From: an uncultured Bacteroidota bacterium
Lineage (GTDB): Bacteria; Bacteroidota; Bacteroidia; AKYH767-A; 2013-40CM-41-45
DNA length: 64,000 nt
Reading direction: 5' to 3'
Assembly (NCBI GenBank): GCA_937871435.1
Contig: CALMQM010000103.1
Coordinates: forward strand, 28,574 to 92,573
The position numbers were made by a program, and so were the translations under genes. This document shows positions 50,998 through 61,804 of this stretch, one piece after another; the first letter of the stretch is position 1; each line of letters starts with the position of its first letter. The notes below the pieces were generated by a model that saw only the letters and a list, made by a program, of their open reading frames with translations, ran no database searches and was not told where the DNA came from.

Positions 50998-51009
50998 ATC
51001 TCATCAAAA

Positions 51010-51459
51010 TTAATTCCCTGCCAGAAGCTCTTTTACAAGTCCGGAAACGATTTTATTATCGGCTTTCCCTGCAAAAAATTTAGATGCAGCACCCATCACT
51101 TTACCCATATCCTGCGGGGATGAAGCTCCAGCTTCCGCGATAATCCGTTTCAATTCAGACCGGATTTCAGCTTCATCCATTTGCTTTGGGAGAAATTTTT
51201 CTATAACACTTATTTCCTCCAGTTCTGGTTTGGCCAGATCGGGACGATTTTGTTGCTGATAAATCTCCACAGATTCTTTTCTTTGCTTCACCAGTTTCTG
51301 AAGCATTTTAATTTCATCTTCGGCAGACATGGTAGCTGCACCGGAAGTTTTTGCCATCAGAATCGATTGTTTGATCGCTCTTAAGCCACGCACACTTGCT
51401 TCATCTTTCGCAAGCATAGCGGTTTTCAATTCGGCGTTAATTCTCTCTTCAAAGTTCAT
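51010..51459 (-). CDS. GatB/YqeY domain protein
   Basis: 149 aa with a YqeY-like sequence. It sits in the conserved position downstream of ftsZ. Confidence 0.6.
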   Translation of the reverse strand: MNFEERINAELKTAMLAKDEASVRGLRAIKQSILMAKTSGAATMSAEDEIKMLQKLVKQRKESVEIYQQQNRPDLAKPELEEISVIEKFLPKQMDEAEIRSELKRIIAEAGASSPQDMGKVMGAASKFFAGKADNKIVSGLVKELLAGN

Positions 51460-51644
51460 GGTTGAAATAAATATTCCGGGATTAACAGACTTCCCTGATT
51501 TGATTTACGAAGATACAAATTTCACTGAATCATGCCGGAGTTACAAGAGACAGTGAATCTCATTGTCAATGCTACGCGATGAAGATCCCACAATCGGTAT
51601 TGAATTAATCTTTTACATTATCCTGTTCTTTTCCGGACCATACA

Positions 51645-51678
51645 AATAAAAAACCCTCCCCGGAAAAGGGAGGGTTGG
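51645..51678 (-). terminator. rho-independent terminator after ftsZ
   Basis: On the minus strand, the hairpin CCCTCCC-ttttccg-GGGAGGG is followed by TTTTTT. Confidence 0.65.
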
Positions 51679-51742
51679 CATTCGGGATCAAAACTTAACA
51701 TGAAAACTATTTTCAGAGGTGACTCCTGACAAATTTGTCGGA

Positions 51743-53293
51743 TCAATCAACATTGTCGTGAAGAAACGAATTGTTCTGACGCAATTCCGCTTTCTTTTCG
51801 TCTTCATTAGACAATGAATAACGCGAAACATTGGACTCACTTGAATGAGGTACAGAATCCAGCTTGATATTTCTGCGTTTGTATGCCGGCTCTTTTTCCA
51901 TATCAGTAATATTTGAATTGCCGATACGGTAACTAAGTGATTTCAATTTCAGGATACGTTCACGAGATTTGCGCAATTGCTCCTCTGTCGGATCTTCTTC
52001 CAGTGTGTGATCGTTAAGGTTGTATACCACCTGATCTTGTTTGCGTTCCAGCGGCTCTTCTTTCTTTTCCGCAATCGGAGTTCCGATGGGAGATTCTTTG
52101 GAAGTGTTTCCTACACTGAATTCAAAACTGATTTCATTGTTTTCCTGAATCATCTCTTTGTTGTCATTCGAATGCAAAGGTTCAGATGATTTGATCAGCG
52201 TAGGCTCCATTGAAACTACATCTGCTACTTGTTCCTTTTGAACCGGAGGAATATTTGCTGCCGGAGCATCTTTGCCTAAAACATGCACCACTTTGGCATT
52301 GTGTTTTACAATCTCCAGGTCATGGCCAAGTTCTTCGCGGGTTTTAAAACCGGTCGCGATGATGGTCACATTGAGCATATCACCCAATTCTTCTTCGTGA
52401 CAATTTCCCCAGATAATGTCGGCAGTCAATCCCGCCTGCTCCTGGATGTAATCTGTAATTTCTCCGATTTCATCCATCGTTACCTCACGAGTACCGGAAG
52501 CGATATTCATGAGGATGTAACGGGCACCTTTGATATTATTATCGTTCAGGAGTGGAGAAGCGAGTGCCTGTTCCACAGCTTTAATTGCTCTGTTTTCTCC
52601 TTCCGCTTTAGAGGAACCCATGATGGCTACGCCACTGTTTTGCACGGCAGTTTTCACATCTTCAAAATCCACATTGATGTAACCGGTTACAGTGATGATC
52701 TCAGCGATACCTTTAGCGGCAGTAGTGAGGATATCATCGGCATGTGAAAAAGCTTCAGACAATTTGAGGTTGCCGAACATTTCACGCAGTTTTTCATTGC
52801 GGATAATCAGAATAGTATCCACACTACGTTTCAATGCTTCGATTCCTTCATCCGCCTGGATTTTACGTTTCTTGCCTTCGAAATCAAACGGGATGGTTAC
52901 AATACCTACTGTCAGGATTCCCATTTCACGGGCAGTTTGCGCGATGATAGGCGCTGCACCGGTTCCGGTACCGCCACCCATTCCCGCCGTGATGAACACC
53001 ATGCGCGTATTGTCCAGCAATATTCTGCGAATGTCTTCAATGTTTTCGATAGCGGCATTTCTGCCCACTTCCGCGATGGATCCTGCACCCCGACCATCTG
53101 TTAAGCTTGATCCCAACTGAACCTTTGATGGTACAGGTGACATTTCAAGAGCCTGGGCGTCTGTGTTACAAACGATGAACTCCACGCCTTTAATGCCCTG
53201 ACGGTACATGTGGTTCACGGCATTGCTACCTCCTCCACCAACACCAATCACCTTGATGATAGAGGTATTTTCTCTCTGAAGATCGAATTCCAT
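51743..53293 (-). CDS. ftsZ: cell division GTPase FtsZ with a long C-terminal linker
   Basis: IKVIGVGGGGSNAVNHM and the GGGTGTG tubulin signature in a 516-aa protein. Confidence 0.9.
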   Translation of the reverse strand: MEFDLQRENTSIIKVIGVGGGGSNAVNHMYRQGIKGVEFIVCNTDAQALEMSPVPSKVQLGSSLTDGRGAGSIAEVGRNAAIENIEDIRRILLDNTRMVFITAGMGGGTGTGAAPIIAQTAREMGILTVGIVTIPFDFEGKKRKIQADEGIEALKRSVDTILIIRNEKLREMFGNLKLSEAFSHADDILTTAAKGIAEIITVTGYINVDFEDVKTAVQNSGVAIMGSSKAEGENRAIKAVEQALASPLLNDNNIKGARYILMNIASGTREVTMDEIGEITDYIQEQAGLTADIIWGNCHEEELGDMLNVTIIATGFKTREELGHDLEIVKHNAKVVHVLGKDAPAANIPPVQKEQVADVVSMEPTLIKSSEPLHSNDNKEMIQENNEISFEFSVGNTSKESPIGTPIAEKKEEPLERKQDQVVYNLNDHTLEEDPTEEQLRKSRERILKLKSLSYRIGNSNITDMEKEPAYKRRNIKLDSVPHSSESNVSRYSLSNEDEKKAELRQNNSFLHDNVD

Positions 53294-53336
53294 GTGTAAA
53301 TAGTTTTTGTTAAGTTTTAAATATTCCCTGTTTTGA

Positions 53337-54644
53337 TCACTTCAATTCATTATCCGGCTCTTCTTCGAAAATCTTTTTGATTGCATCGAAGAAACCGCCA
53401 CCGGTGCGACTAGGCGGAACGAGTTTATCCGACTTGCCTTTCTTTTCGAATTCCGCTTTGTCCCGGATTTTCTTTTGCGCCAGTTTTTTCTTTTCCATTT
53501 CATGAAATCCTTTGATCACCAATCCAACACTGGTCGCATACATCGGACTTTTCAACTCATCAGCACCTTTTGCAAGATGTTCATTCGGATAACCGATTCG
53601 TGTATCCATACCGGTAATGAATTCTACCAGCTGCACGATGTGACGAAGTTGTGCTCCGCCACCGGTGATCACGATTCCAGCCACCAGTTTCTTTTCGAAG
53701 CCCGAATTTTTTATCTCGTAATAAACATGCTCAACAATCTCTTCCATTCTTGCCTGGATGATGTTGGCAAGATTGCGGATGGAAATTTCTTTTGGCTCTC
53801 TGCCGCGCAATCCCGGAATGGAAACAATTTCATTTTCCTGATTTTCACTCGCAAGAGCGGAACCAAAACGGATTTTCAACAATTCAGCCTGACTACGGAT
53901 GATCGTGCAGCCTTCTTTGATATCTTCAGTGATAACATTTCCACCGAAAGGAATCACCGCTGTGTGGCGAATTACTCCATCCTGAAAGATCGCGATATCG
54001 GTAGTTCCACCGCCGATATCCACTAACACCACACCCGCCTCTTTTTCTTCGTCAGTCAGTACTGCTTCGGAGGAAGCAAGCGGCTCCAGAAATAAGCCTT
54101 CGGTGTGCAAACCAGCGCGGTTCACACATTTGTAAATATTTTTTGCCGCTGTAACCTGGCCGGTGATGATATGGCAATTTGCTTCGAGACGAATACCTGA
54201 CATCCCGATCGGATTTTTAATTCCCTGTTCGCTGTCGACAATGTACTCCTGAGGGATCACGTGAATAATTTCTTCTCCGGGAGGCATGGCGAGTTTGTAC
54301 ATATCTTCCACAATCGCGTCAATATCTGTCTGACTGATTTCGTCTTCCAGTGAGTTGCGCATTTTCTGACCGCGGTGCTGCAAACTTTTAATGTGTTGTC
54401 CGGCAATTCCAACATATACATTTCCGATCTCCACATTGGAGCGACCGGATGCTTCCTGCACAGACATTTTGATGGACTCAATCGTGTTCACAATATTGGT
54501 AACAACGCCACGGGTAACACCAAGAGATTCACTCTTGCCATACCCGAGAATATCAATTTTTCCAAACTCATTCTTCTTGCCAACAATGGTGCAAATTTTA
54601 GTTGTGCCAATGTCGAGTCCTACAATGATGTCGTTCGTTTCCAT
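53337..54644 (-). CDS. ftsA: cell division protein FtsA
   Basis: Actin-fold motifs (VGLDIGTTKI, VDIGGGTTDIAIF) in a 435-aa protein. Confidence 0.9.
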   Translation of the reverse strand: METNDIIVGLDIGTTKICTIVGKKNEFGKIDILGYGKSESLGVTRGVVTNIVNTIESIKMSVQEASGRSNVEIGNVYVGIAGQHIKSLQHRGQKMRNSLEDEISQTDIDAIVEDMYKLAMPPGEEIIHVIPQEYIVDSEQGIKNPIGMSGIRLEANCHIITGQVTAAKNIYKCVNRAGLHTEGLFLEPLASSEAVLTDEEKEAGVVLVDIGGGTTDIAIFQDGVIRHTAVIPFGGNVITEDIKEGCTIIRSQAELLKIRFGSALASENQENEIVSIPGLRGREPKEISIRNLANIIQARMEEIVEHVYYEIKNSGFEKKLVAGIVITGGGAQLRHIVQLVEFITGMDTRIGYPNEHLAKGADELKSPMYATSVGLVIKGFHEMEKKKLAQKKIRDKAEFEKKGKSDKLVPPSRTGGGFFDAIKKIFEEEPDNELK

Positions 54645-54646
54645 CC

Positions 54647-55459
54647 TTATTTTTTAGTGCAGACCACCTGGTCTTTGTATTTCAGATTAATGACTTTGTA
54701 TTTATTCCATCCGGATTTATTCAATCCTTCAGTATAAAACGTAAAGAGCTTATCAAATTTCTCTTCGATCAGCTGATCATTTCCCAACAGAATAGTATGA
54801 TCTCCTACACGAGGAACCAACTCCATATCGCCATTCGCATTCACATAGATCTGTTCGATCTGCGCATTCCAGAATTCGTGGTGATGAATGTAATCCGCCA
54901 CTTTGTAAACCTGCTCAATGCGTGACAAGTGAACGCTGGTATCCGAAGGATCTTCGGAGATCACCCGAACACTGTTTTCAGTTTGCTTATCGAAAATATA
55001 CCCGTTCGCTACCGGAACACGTGCAGTATATTTTTCTGACATCGGCATAAATACTCCCTGGTCATCAATATAAAAGCTTTCATGATTGAAGTTCAAAATT
55101 CTGACCACAGGACACCGTTGTTTTACCTCAATATTGAGCTTTCCATCAACGGTTGAAAATACTTCAGCGCCTGAAATGAAGGGGTTGTTATCAATGATTT
55201 TTTCCAACAAAGCAATGTTAATAGATCGCATCGTTTGCCCTTTCAATTCTCCGAACTTATCGTGAACCAGAGCCTGGATGTCCCCCGCTTCCACAAAGGC
55301 GAAACCGCTGGAGTCTTCCACCACAATGCGCACATCGTTGCAAAGCATATTGGCTTGCTTGCTTTCTGTAAAGCCAACTGTGATGGCAAATGCTACCAGT
55401 ACCAATACCCAGGTGCTTACTTTCCCGGCTCTTTTCCAATTGATTGAGGGTTTCATCAT
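54647..55459 (-). CDS. ftsQ: cell division protein FtsQ/DivIB
   Basis: 270 aa with a single transmembrane helix and a POTRA-like region. It sits between murC and ftsA. Confidence 0.65.
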   Translation of the reverse strand: MMKPSINWKRAGKVSTWVLVLVAFAITVGFTESKQANMLCNDVRIVVEDSSGFAFVEAGDIQALVHDKFGELKGQTMRSINIALLEKIIDNNPFISGAEVFSTVDGKLNIEVKQRCPVVRILNFNHESFYIDDQGVFMPMSEKYTARVPVANGYIFDKQTENSVRVISEDPSDTSVHLSRIEQVYKVADYIHHHEFWNAQIEQIYVNANGDMELVPRVGDHTILLGNDQLIEEKFDKLFTFYTEGLNKSGWNKYKVINLKYKDQVVCTKK

Positions 55460-55468
55460 GGAGGCGAA

Positions 55469-56857
55469 TTATTCAGACTGTTGTAAATATTCAGTGATCG
55501 GATTCACTAACTGATCAATGTCACCTGCTCCGAGTGTGAGCAGCACATCAAATTCATGTTGCCGCAATGCTTCCGGAAAATCAGACAACCTTGCCAGAGA
55601 CTTGGTTTTGAGAGTGACTTTATCCCAAATCAGTTTGGAATTGACTCCATCAATCGGTTGTTCTCTTGCCGGATAAATATCGAGCAACACCAAATCATCC
55701 AACAATGAAAGTGAAGAAGCAAATCCATCTGCAAAATCACGTGTTCTGGTAAACAAATGAGGCTGGAAGATCCCCATGATTCGTTTTCCCGGATACAGTT
55801 CCCGTGCAGAAGCAATACATGCTCTTAATTCTTCAGGATGATGAGCATAATCATCTATATAAATAACATTGTTACTTTTTACCTGATAATCGAATCTTCT
55901 TTTCACTCCGGTGTAAGTGGAAAGTCCTTTCCGGATTTGCTCATCGGAAATTCCAAGTTGTCTTACTACCCCGATCGCTGCCACCGCATTTTCTACATTG
56001 TGAAGTCCAGGCATCTCGGAAGTAAGATCTTTAATACAATGACCCGCTTCATTCCAGTCGAAATGATAACGATGATTTTCTATCCGGATGTTTCCGGCAA
56101 AAAAATCAGCCTTACCCTGCACTGAATAATCTGCAGTCTTCTTATTGACTTTGCTGCTGCCAATATCCAAACCCTTTCTGTAGATCAATGTACCTCCTTC
56201 TTTCACCTGAGCAGCGAAAAGCCGATACGACTCTTCCATGTAGTTTTTGTCCCCATAGATATCGAGATGATCGGCATCCATGGAAGTAATCACGGCGATA
56301 TCCGGGAATAAAGTCAGGAAGGACCGATCGTATTCATCCGCCTCTACGACCACAATACTTTTCGAATTATTTTTGCCGATGAGGAGATTGGTATTGTAAT
56401 TTTTTGTGATGCCTCCAAGAAATGCTGAACAATCAACTCCTGCAGACCGCAGCAGGTGTGCAATCATCGAAGAGGTGGTTGTTTTTCCATGTGTTCCTGC
56501 AACAGCGATCGTAAAAGCATTTTGTGTGATCAGCCCGAGCACTTCTGAACGTTTCCAGATTTTGTAACCGGCAGCAATGAAATGCTGATATTCCGCATGA
56601 TCTTTTGGAATTGCCGGAGTGTACACCAACAGTGTTCTTTCTTTTGAATCATTCAACACATCAGCCGGAATTTCCGAAACAGCATCTTTGAAATGAACGG
56701 GAATTCCTTCTTTCGTCAAAGCATCAGTTAGCGGAGTGGGAGTTTTATCATACCCATTAACTTGTTTTCCCATTGCTTTGAAATAACGTGCCAGCGCAGA
56801 CATACCAATGCCTCCGATCCCCAGGAAATACACGTTTTTCAGTTTTGCAAAATCCAC
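55469..56857 (-). CDS. murC: UDP-N-acetylmuramate--L-alanine ligase
   Basis: FLGIGGIGMSALA and the Mur ligase motif GTHGKTTT. Confidence 0.85.
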   Translation of the reverse strand: MDFAKLKNVYFLGIGGIGMSALARYFKAMGKQVNGYDKTPTPLTDALTKEGIPVHFKDAVSEIPADVLNDSKERTLLVYTPAIPKDHAEYQHFIAAGYKIWKRSEVLGLITQNAFTIAVAGTHGKTTTSSMIAHLLRSAGVDCSAFLGGITKNYNTNLLIGKNNSKSIVVVEADEYDRSFLTLFPDIAVITSMDADHLDIYGDKNYMEESYRLFAAQVKEGGTLIYRKGLDIGSSKVNKKTADYSVQGKADFFAGNIRIENHRYHFDWNEAGHCIKDLTSEMPGLHNVENAVAAIGVVRQLGISDEQIRKGLSTYTGVKRRFDYQVKSNNVIYIDDYAHHPEELRACIASARELYPGKRIMGIFQPHLFTRTRDFADGFASSLSLLDDLVLLDIYPAREQPIDGVNSKLIWDKVTLKTKSLARLSDFPEALRQHEFDVLLTLGAGDIDQLVNPITEYLQQSE

Positions 56858-56866
56858 TTTAACGAA

Positions 56867-58012
56867 CTATGAAGGTTGAACGAGGCTATAGACGATAGCA
56901 GCAATTTTCGCTGCTGAATCAGGCAAAGCCAGAGATTGTATCGATTTTTTTAATTGTTCTTGTTGAGAGGTATTTTTCACTAATGACAAACAGGTATTGA
57001 TCAAATTTAATCCCGCATCCGCATCTCTTACCAATACAGCTGCATTTACATTCACCAGCGCCATCGCGTTTTTGGTCTGATGATCCTCAGCTACATTCGG
57101 TGAAGGAACAAGCACTGCCGGTTTTGCAGCTAATGCCAATTCAGAAACTGAGCTGGCTCCTGCTCTTGAAATCACCACATCCGCGGCAGCATAGGCAAGA
57201 TCCATTCGCTGAATGAAAGGAGTGATGCACACTCCCGCTTTCGCCGCTTCTCCCTGTATATTCGCAATTCTCGGGAAAAACAATTTGCCTGTTTGCCAGA
57301 TCAACTGCACATTTTCAGAAGCCAGCTTCTTCCATCCTTCCTGCAAACATTCATTCAATGTGCGTGCACCCAGACTTCCGCCAATAAGCAGCACCGTTTT
57401 CTTTTCAGGAACAAGTCCAAAGAATTTTAATGCTTCGTCTCGTTTACCTTCGAGATTCTGAATATCCTGCCGTACTGGATTTCCGGTAAGAATTATTTTT
57501 TCTTTCGGGAAATATTTCTCCATCCCTTCGTAGGCTACACAGATTTTTCTAACACGACGGGACAATATTTTGTTGGTAATGCCGGCATATGAATTCTGCT
57601 CTTGTATCAGACACGGAATCTTCATGCCGGATGCCGCAAACAGCAATGGTCCACTTGCATAACCTCCGACTCCGATGGCAACATCCGGTTTGAAAGAACG
57701 AACTATGGTCCTTGCACGAAGGACACTTTGAATTATTTTGAAAGGAAGTTTGAGATTTGACAAACTCAACTTCCTCTGAATGCCACTGATATTTAATCCT
57801 TCTATCGAATATCCTGCGGCCGGAACTTTCTCCATCTCCATTCTTCCTTTGGCGCCAACAAACAGAATTTCATTCTTCGGATTCATCGCTTTCAACGCGT
57901 TCGCGATGGCAATTGCAGGAAAGATATGTCCTCCTGTTCCACCGCCGCTGATCACAACACGTATCTCAGGCTGCTGCAAGCTCCTGTCCTCCTTCTTTTT
58001 TCTCTTTTTCAA
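56867..58012 (-). CDS. murG: undecaprenyldiphospho-muramoylpentapeptide beta-N-acetylglucosaminyltransferase
   Basis: GGGTGGHIFPAIAIA and a GT28 C-terminal domain. Confidence 0.85.
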   Translation of the reverse strand: MKKRKKKEDRSLQQPEIRVVISGGGTGGHIFPAIAIANALKAMNPKNEILFVGAKGRMEMEKVPAAGYSIEGLNISGIQRKLSLSNLKLPFKIIQSVLRARTIVRSFKPDVAIGVGGYASGPLLFAASGMKIPCLIQEQNSYAGITNKILSRRVRKICVAYEGMEKYFPKEKIILTGNPVRQDIQNLEGKRDEALKFFGLVPEKKTVLLIGGSLGARTLNECLQEGWKKLASENVQLIWQTGKLFFPRIANIQGEAAKAGVCITPFIQRMDLAYAAADVVISRAGASSVSELALAAKPAVLVPSPNVAEDHQTKNAMALVNVNAAVLVRDADAGLNLINTCLSLVKNTSQQEQLKKSIQSLALPDSAAKIAAIVYSLVQPS

Positions 58013-59129
58013 CCTGTCGGCTCACACTCAAAACCACACCGATTGAAATACTCGTAAACCAAATAGATGTTCCTCCCATACTCAGCATGGGCAAAGGCTG
58101 TCCGGTTACCGGAAAGAGATTGACTGCAACGGCCATGTTGATCATGGCCTGGAATACAAGACTGAATGCACACCCGATGGCAAGCAATGTTCCGAATGCC
58201 ATAGGACTATGATGAATGAATCGTATGACACGAAAGAATAACCAGATGTATAAAAAGATAATGAGAATGCCTCCAATCAGTCCATACTCTTCCACAATAA
58301 TCGCATAGATAAAATCAGAGTATGGATGAGGCAGATAATTTCTCGCCTTACTGTTTCCCGGAAAACGTCCGAACAATCCTCCACCTGCAATGGCAATTTT
58401 TGCCTGATCCGTCTGGTAATTATCCTGATTGTCGTCGCTGGTGAATCTTTCTATTCTCGCTTTCCACGTATCAATCCGTCCTGTTTTACCAATGGCCAAC
58501 ATGGTTACGACAAACAAACCAAAACAAATGATCGCGATTCCACCGAGACCGAGAATGTATTTCATGTTGATTCGTCCGATGAACATGAGGAAACAACAGG
58601 AAATAAACAAGACTGCAGCGGTAGAAAAATTTGCCGGCAGGATTAACGCACACACTCCAAGTACCGGCAACACAATCGGCAAGAAAGCGGATTTGAAACT
58701 TTTTATTTCATCCTGTTTTTTCGACAACATTCGCGCGACAAACATAATGAGTGCAAGTTTTGCAAAATCGGAAGTCTGAAAAGTAATGTTCATTCCTGGT
58801 AAAGTGATCCAGCGACTTGCTTCATTCAGATTCGTACCATTCACCAATGTTAAAATCAACAAGGGTAAAGAGAGAATCAATGCAATGGTCGAAAACCGGG
58901 AGTAGTATGTATACTTGATAGCATGTGCCGCATACATCAGACCCAATCCAAGAACAAGGATAGACAAATGCTTCATCAGGTAATACTCTGTATTCCCGCT
59001 TTTGAATTTATATGCAAGTGTTCCCGTGCTGCTATATACTGCCAGCAATGAGAAAATGGACAAAATGAAAACAATCAGCCAGATTGTCCGGTCACCTTTG
59101 AAATACTTGTCGAGCCAGGTTGCCTGCAT
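57966..59129 (-). CDS. ftsW: FtsW (SEDS family peptidoglycan glycosyltransferase)
   Basis: Polytopic SEDS protein in the dcw position between murD and murG. It overlaps the murG start by 47 nt. Confidence 0.8.
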   Translation of the reverse strand: MQATWLDKYFKGDRTIWLIVFILSIFSLLAVYSSTGTLAYKFKSGNTEYYLMKHLSILVLGLGLMYAAHAIKYTYYSRFSTIALILSLPLLILTLVNGTNLNEASRWITLPGMNITFQTSDFAKLALIMFVARMLSKKQDEIKSFKSAFLPIVLPVLGVCALILPANFSTAAVLFISCCFLMFIGRINMKYILGLGGIAIICFGLFVVTMLAIGKTGRIDTWKARIERFTSDDNQDNYQTDQAKIAIAGGGLFGRFPGNSKARNYLPHPYSDFIYAIIVEEYGLIGGILIIFLYIWLFFRVIRFIHHSPMAFGTLLAIGCAFSLVFQAMINMAVAVNLFPVTGQPLPMLSMGGTSIWFTSISIGVVLSVSRQVEKEKKEGGQELAAA

Positions 59130-59172
59130 GTGGATTAAATGATGGATAGAAATTAATAATGATTGCGAAAGC

Positions 59173-60537
59173 TTAGAGAGCTTTCACAGCTTTCTTGAAC
59201 TGACGACCTCTGTCTTCGTAATTTTCAAACAGATCAAAACTCGCGCAGGCCGGAGACAACAATACTACATCGCCTTTTTTCCCGAGTTTGTAACTTGCCT
59301 GTACAGCTTCTTCAGCGCTACTTGTTTCAACGATTTGTTCAACGACATCTTTGAAAGCTTTGATAATTTTTTTGTTGTCAGTTCCCAGGCAAACAATGGC
59401 TTTCACTTTTTCTTTCACCAAATCATGAAGCATAGTGTAGTCATTACCTTTGTCGACACCACCAAGAATAAGAACAACAGGGCGGCTGAAACTTTCGAGC
59501 GCATACCAGGTGGAATTCACATTGGTAGCTTTTGAATCGTTAATGAATTCAATTCCATGAACTGTAGAAACATGTTCCAGACGATGTTCAACATTTCTGA
59601 AGTCCGATAAGCTTTCGCGAACTACCTCTTTACGGATTTCGAGCACACGGGAAGCGATTCCGGCGGCCATTGAATTGTACAAATTGTGTTTTCCCTGTAA
59701 TGCAAGTTCATGAATCAGCATAGTGAAGTGAGGTTGGTTAGAGTGTGTGTTTATGTGTATGTTTTCTTTTTCAAGCCAGGCACCTTCAGTCATTTCCTTT
59801 TTAATGGAAAACGGATACTTGTGTGCCGCAATAGGAATGTTGTTGATGTATTGAGCAGTGATCGGATCGTCTTCACAATAGATGAAAGCATCTGTTGCGG
59901 TCTGATTCTGTACAATGCGAAACTTCGACTGCACATAATTTTTCAATTCGTAATCGTAGCGGTCGAGATGATCCGGAGTAATGTTGGTGAGGATGGCGAT
60001 ATCGCATTTGAAATCAAACATGCCATCCAGCTGAAAACTGCTTAACTCCAGAACGTAATAATCAAAATTCTGCTCCGCTACCTGGAGAGCCAGACTCTTC
60101 CCTACATTTCCTGCCAGGCCAACATTGAGTCCGGCTTTGCGGAGGATGTGATACACAAGCAAGGTGGTAGTCGTCTTCCCGTTAGTTCCGGTGATTCCGA
60201 TCATTTTCGCCGTTGTAAATCTTCCCGCAAATTCAATCTCACTGATCACCGGAATTTTCGCTGCACGGATTTTTTTCACCAGTTCAGCTTTATCCGGAAT
60301 CCCGGGACTCTTCACGACTTCCGCGGCATTTAAAATTTTTTCTTCCGAATGTTTCCCTTCTTCATAAGCTATCCCGTGCTTCTCAAGCAATACTTTGTAT
60401 TGATCTTTGATTTTACCAGCATCGGATACAAATACATCATGACCCTGCTTCAGGGCAAGAACGGCTGCTCCCACTCCGCTTTCCGCGGCGCCGAGAATCA
60501 CAATTCTTTTTTTAGATGATGTAGTCATAATCAACAA
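59173..60537 (-). CDS. murD: UDP-N-acetylmuramoylalanine--D-glutamate ligase
   Basis: A Rossmann N-terminus followed by [12 protein letters not shown]. Confidence 0.85.
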   Translation of the reverse strand: MLIMTTSSKKRIVILGAAESGVGAAVLALKQGHDVFVSDAGKIKDQYKVLLEKHGIAYEEGKHSEEKILNAAEVVKSPGIPDKAELVKKIRAAKIPVISEIEFAGRFTTAKMIGITGTNGKTTTTLLVYHILRKAGLNVGLAGNVGKSLALQVAEQNFDYYVLELSSFQLDGMFDFKCDIAILTNITPDHLDRYDYELKNYVQSKFRIVQNQTATDAFIYCEDDPITAQYINNIPIAAHKYPFSIKKEMTEGAWLEKENIHINTHSNQPHFTMLIHELALQGKHNLYNSMAAGIASRVLEIRKEVVRESLSDFRNVEHRLEHVSTVHGIEFINDSKATNVNSTWYALESFSRPVVLILGGVDKGNDYTMLHDLVKEKVKAIVCLGTDNKKIIKAFKDVVEQIVETSSAEEAVQASYKLGKKGDVVLLSPACASFDLFENYEDRGRQFKKAVKAL

Positions 60538-60543
60538 ATGATT

Positions 60544-61803
60544 TTATCTCAACTTCAATGTGACAACAGTGATGATGGCAAGCATAATCCCGATAATCCA
60601 GAATCGTGAAACAATTTTTGCTTCATGATATCCGAGCTTCTGATAATGATGGTGCAAGGGAGACATCTTGAAAATCCTCCTGCCTTCGCCGTATTTCTTT
60701 TTCGTGTATTTGAAATAACTCACCTGAATCATAACAGAAAGATTTTCCACGAGGAAAATTCCGCACAAGACCGGGATCAACAATTCTTTCCGGATCGCGA
60801 TAGCAAACGTGGCGATGATGCCGCCCAATGCAAGACTGCCTGTATCACCCATGAATACCTGTGCCGGATAAGCATTGTACCAGAGAAATCCAACACAGGC
60901 TCCGACAAACGCCGCGATGAAAACTACCAGCTCACCGGCATTCGGTATGTACATTATGTTCAGGTAATTCGCGAAAACAGTATTACCGGAAACGTACGCG
61001 AGAATTCCCAGCGTGGCTCCGATGATAGCGGAAGTCCCGGTTGCGAGTCCGTCAATTCCATCGGTGATATTTGCACCATTGGAGACTGCAGTGATAATCA
61101 GAATGACCACCGGGATAAAAATTAACCATGACCAGCGATGGTATCCCGGCCCCATCCATTTTAACAGAGAAGCATAATCGAATTCATGATTCTTGACAAA
61201 AGGAATTGTTGTGGTAGTCGACTTCACCGCGACAGGAGAAACCAGAATGCTTTCGTTCTGCCTGAGATTTTCAATCACATTCGTAGATTCCGTCTGTACT
61301 CGAATTTCATTTTTCCCCGATTTTTCTTTTACAACAACGTACGGATTGAAGTACAAAGTGCTGCCAATGATGAGACCCAAACCAACCTGTCCCATGATTT
61401 TAAATTTACCGGCAAGACCTGCTTTGTCTTTCTTGAACACTTTGATATAATCATCAATGAATCCAATCAACCCGAGCCAGACAGTTGTAACCAGCATGAT
61501 GATCACATACACATTGAGTAAGCGGGCGAACAGCAATGTTGGAATGAGAATAGCGCCAAGCATGATCAATCCTCCCATGGTAGGAGTTCCCTGCTTCTCT
61601 TTTTGTCCTTCCAGTCCGAGATCACGAACTAACTCACCCACCTGCTGACGGTGCAGATAACGGATGATGTTCTTTCCGAAAATCAACGCGATGATCAGTG
61701 AAGTGATAATGGCCAATGCCGCACGGAAAGAGATATACTGGAACACACCTGCTCCGGGTAAATCAAATTCCTTATGTAAATAGGCAAAGAGGTAGTACAA
61801 CAT
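60544..61803 (-). CDS. mraY: phospho-N-acetylmuramoyl-pentapeptide transferase
   Basis: Polytopic 419-aa protein with MraY motifs (DDxxD-like region, PTMGG). Confidence 0.85.
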   Translation of the reverse strand: MLYYLFAYLHKEFDLPGAGVFQYISFRAALAIITSLIIALIFGKNIIRYLHRQQVGELVRDLGLEGQKEKQGTPTMGGLIMLGAILIPTLLFARLLNVYVIIMLVTTVWLGLIGFIDDYIKVFKKDKAGLAGKFKIMGQVGLGLIIGSTLYFNPYVVVKEKSGKNEIRVQTESTNVIENLRQNESILVSPVAVKSTTTTIPFVKNHEFDYASLLKWMGPGYHRWSWLIFIPVVILIITAVSNGANITDGIDGLATGTSAIIGATLGILAYVSGNTVFANYLNIMYIPNAGELVVFIAAFVGACVGFLWYNAYPAQVFMGDTGSLALGGIIATFAIAIRKELLIPVLCGIFLVENLSVMIQVSYFKYTKKKYGEGRRIFKMSPLHHHYQKLGYHEAKIVSRFWIIGIMLAIITVVTLKLR

Positions 61804-61804
61804 A

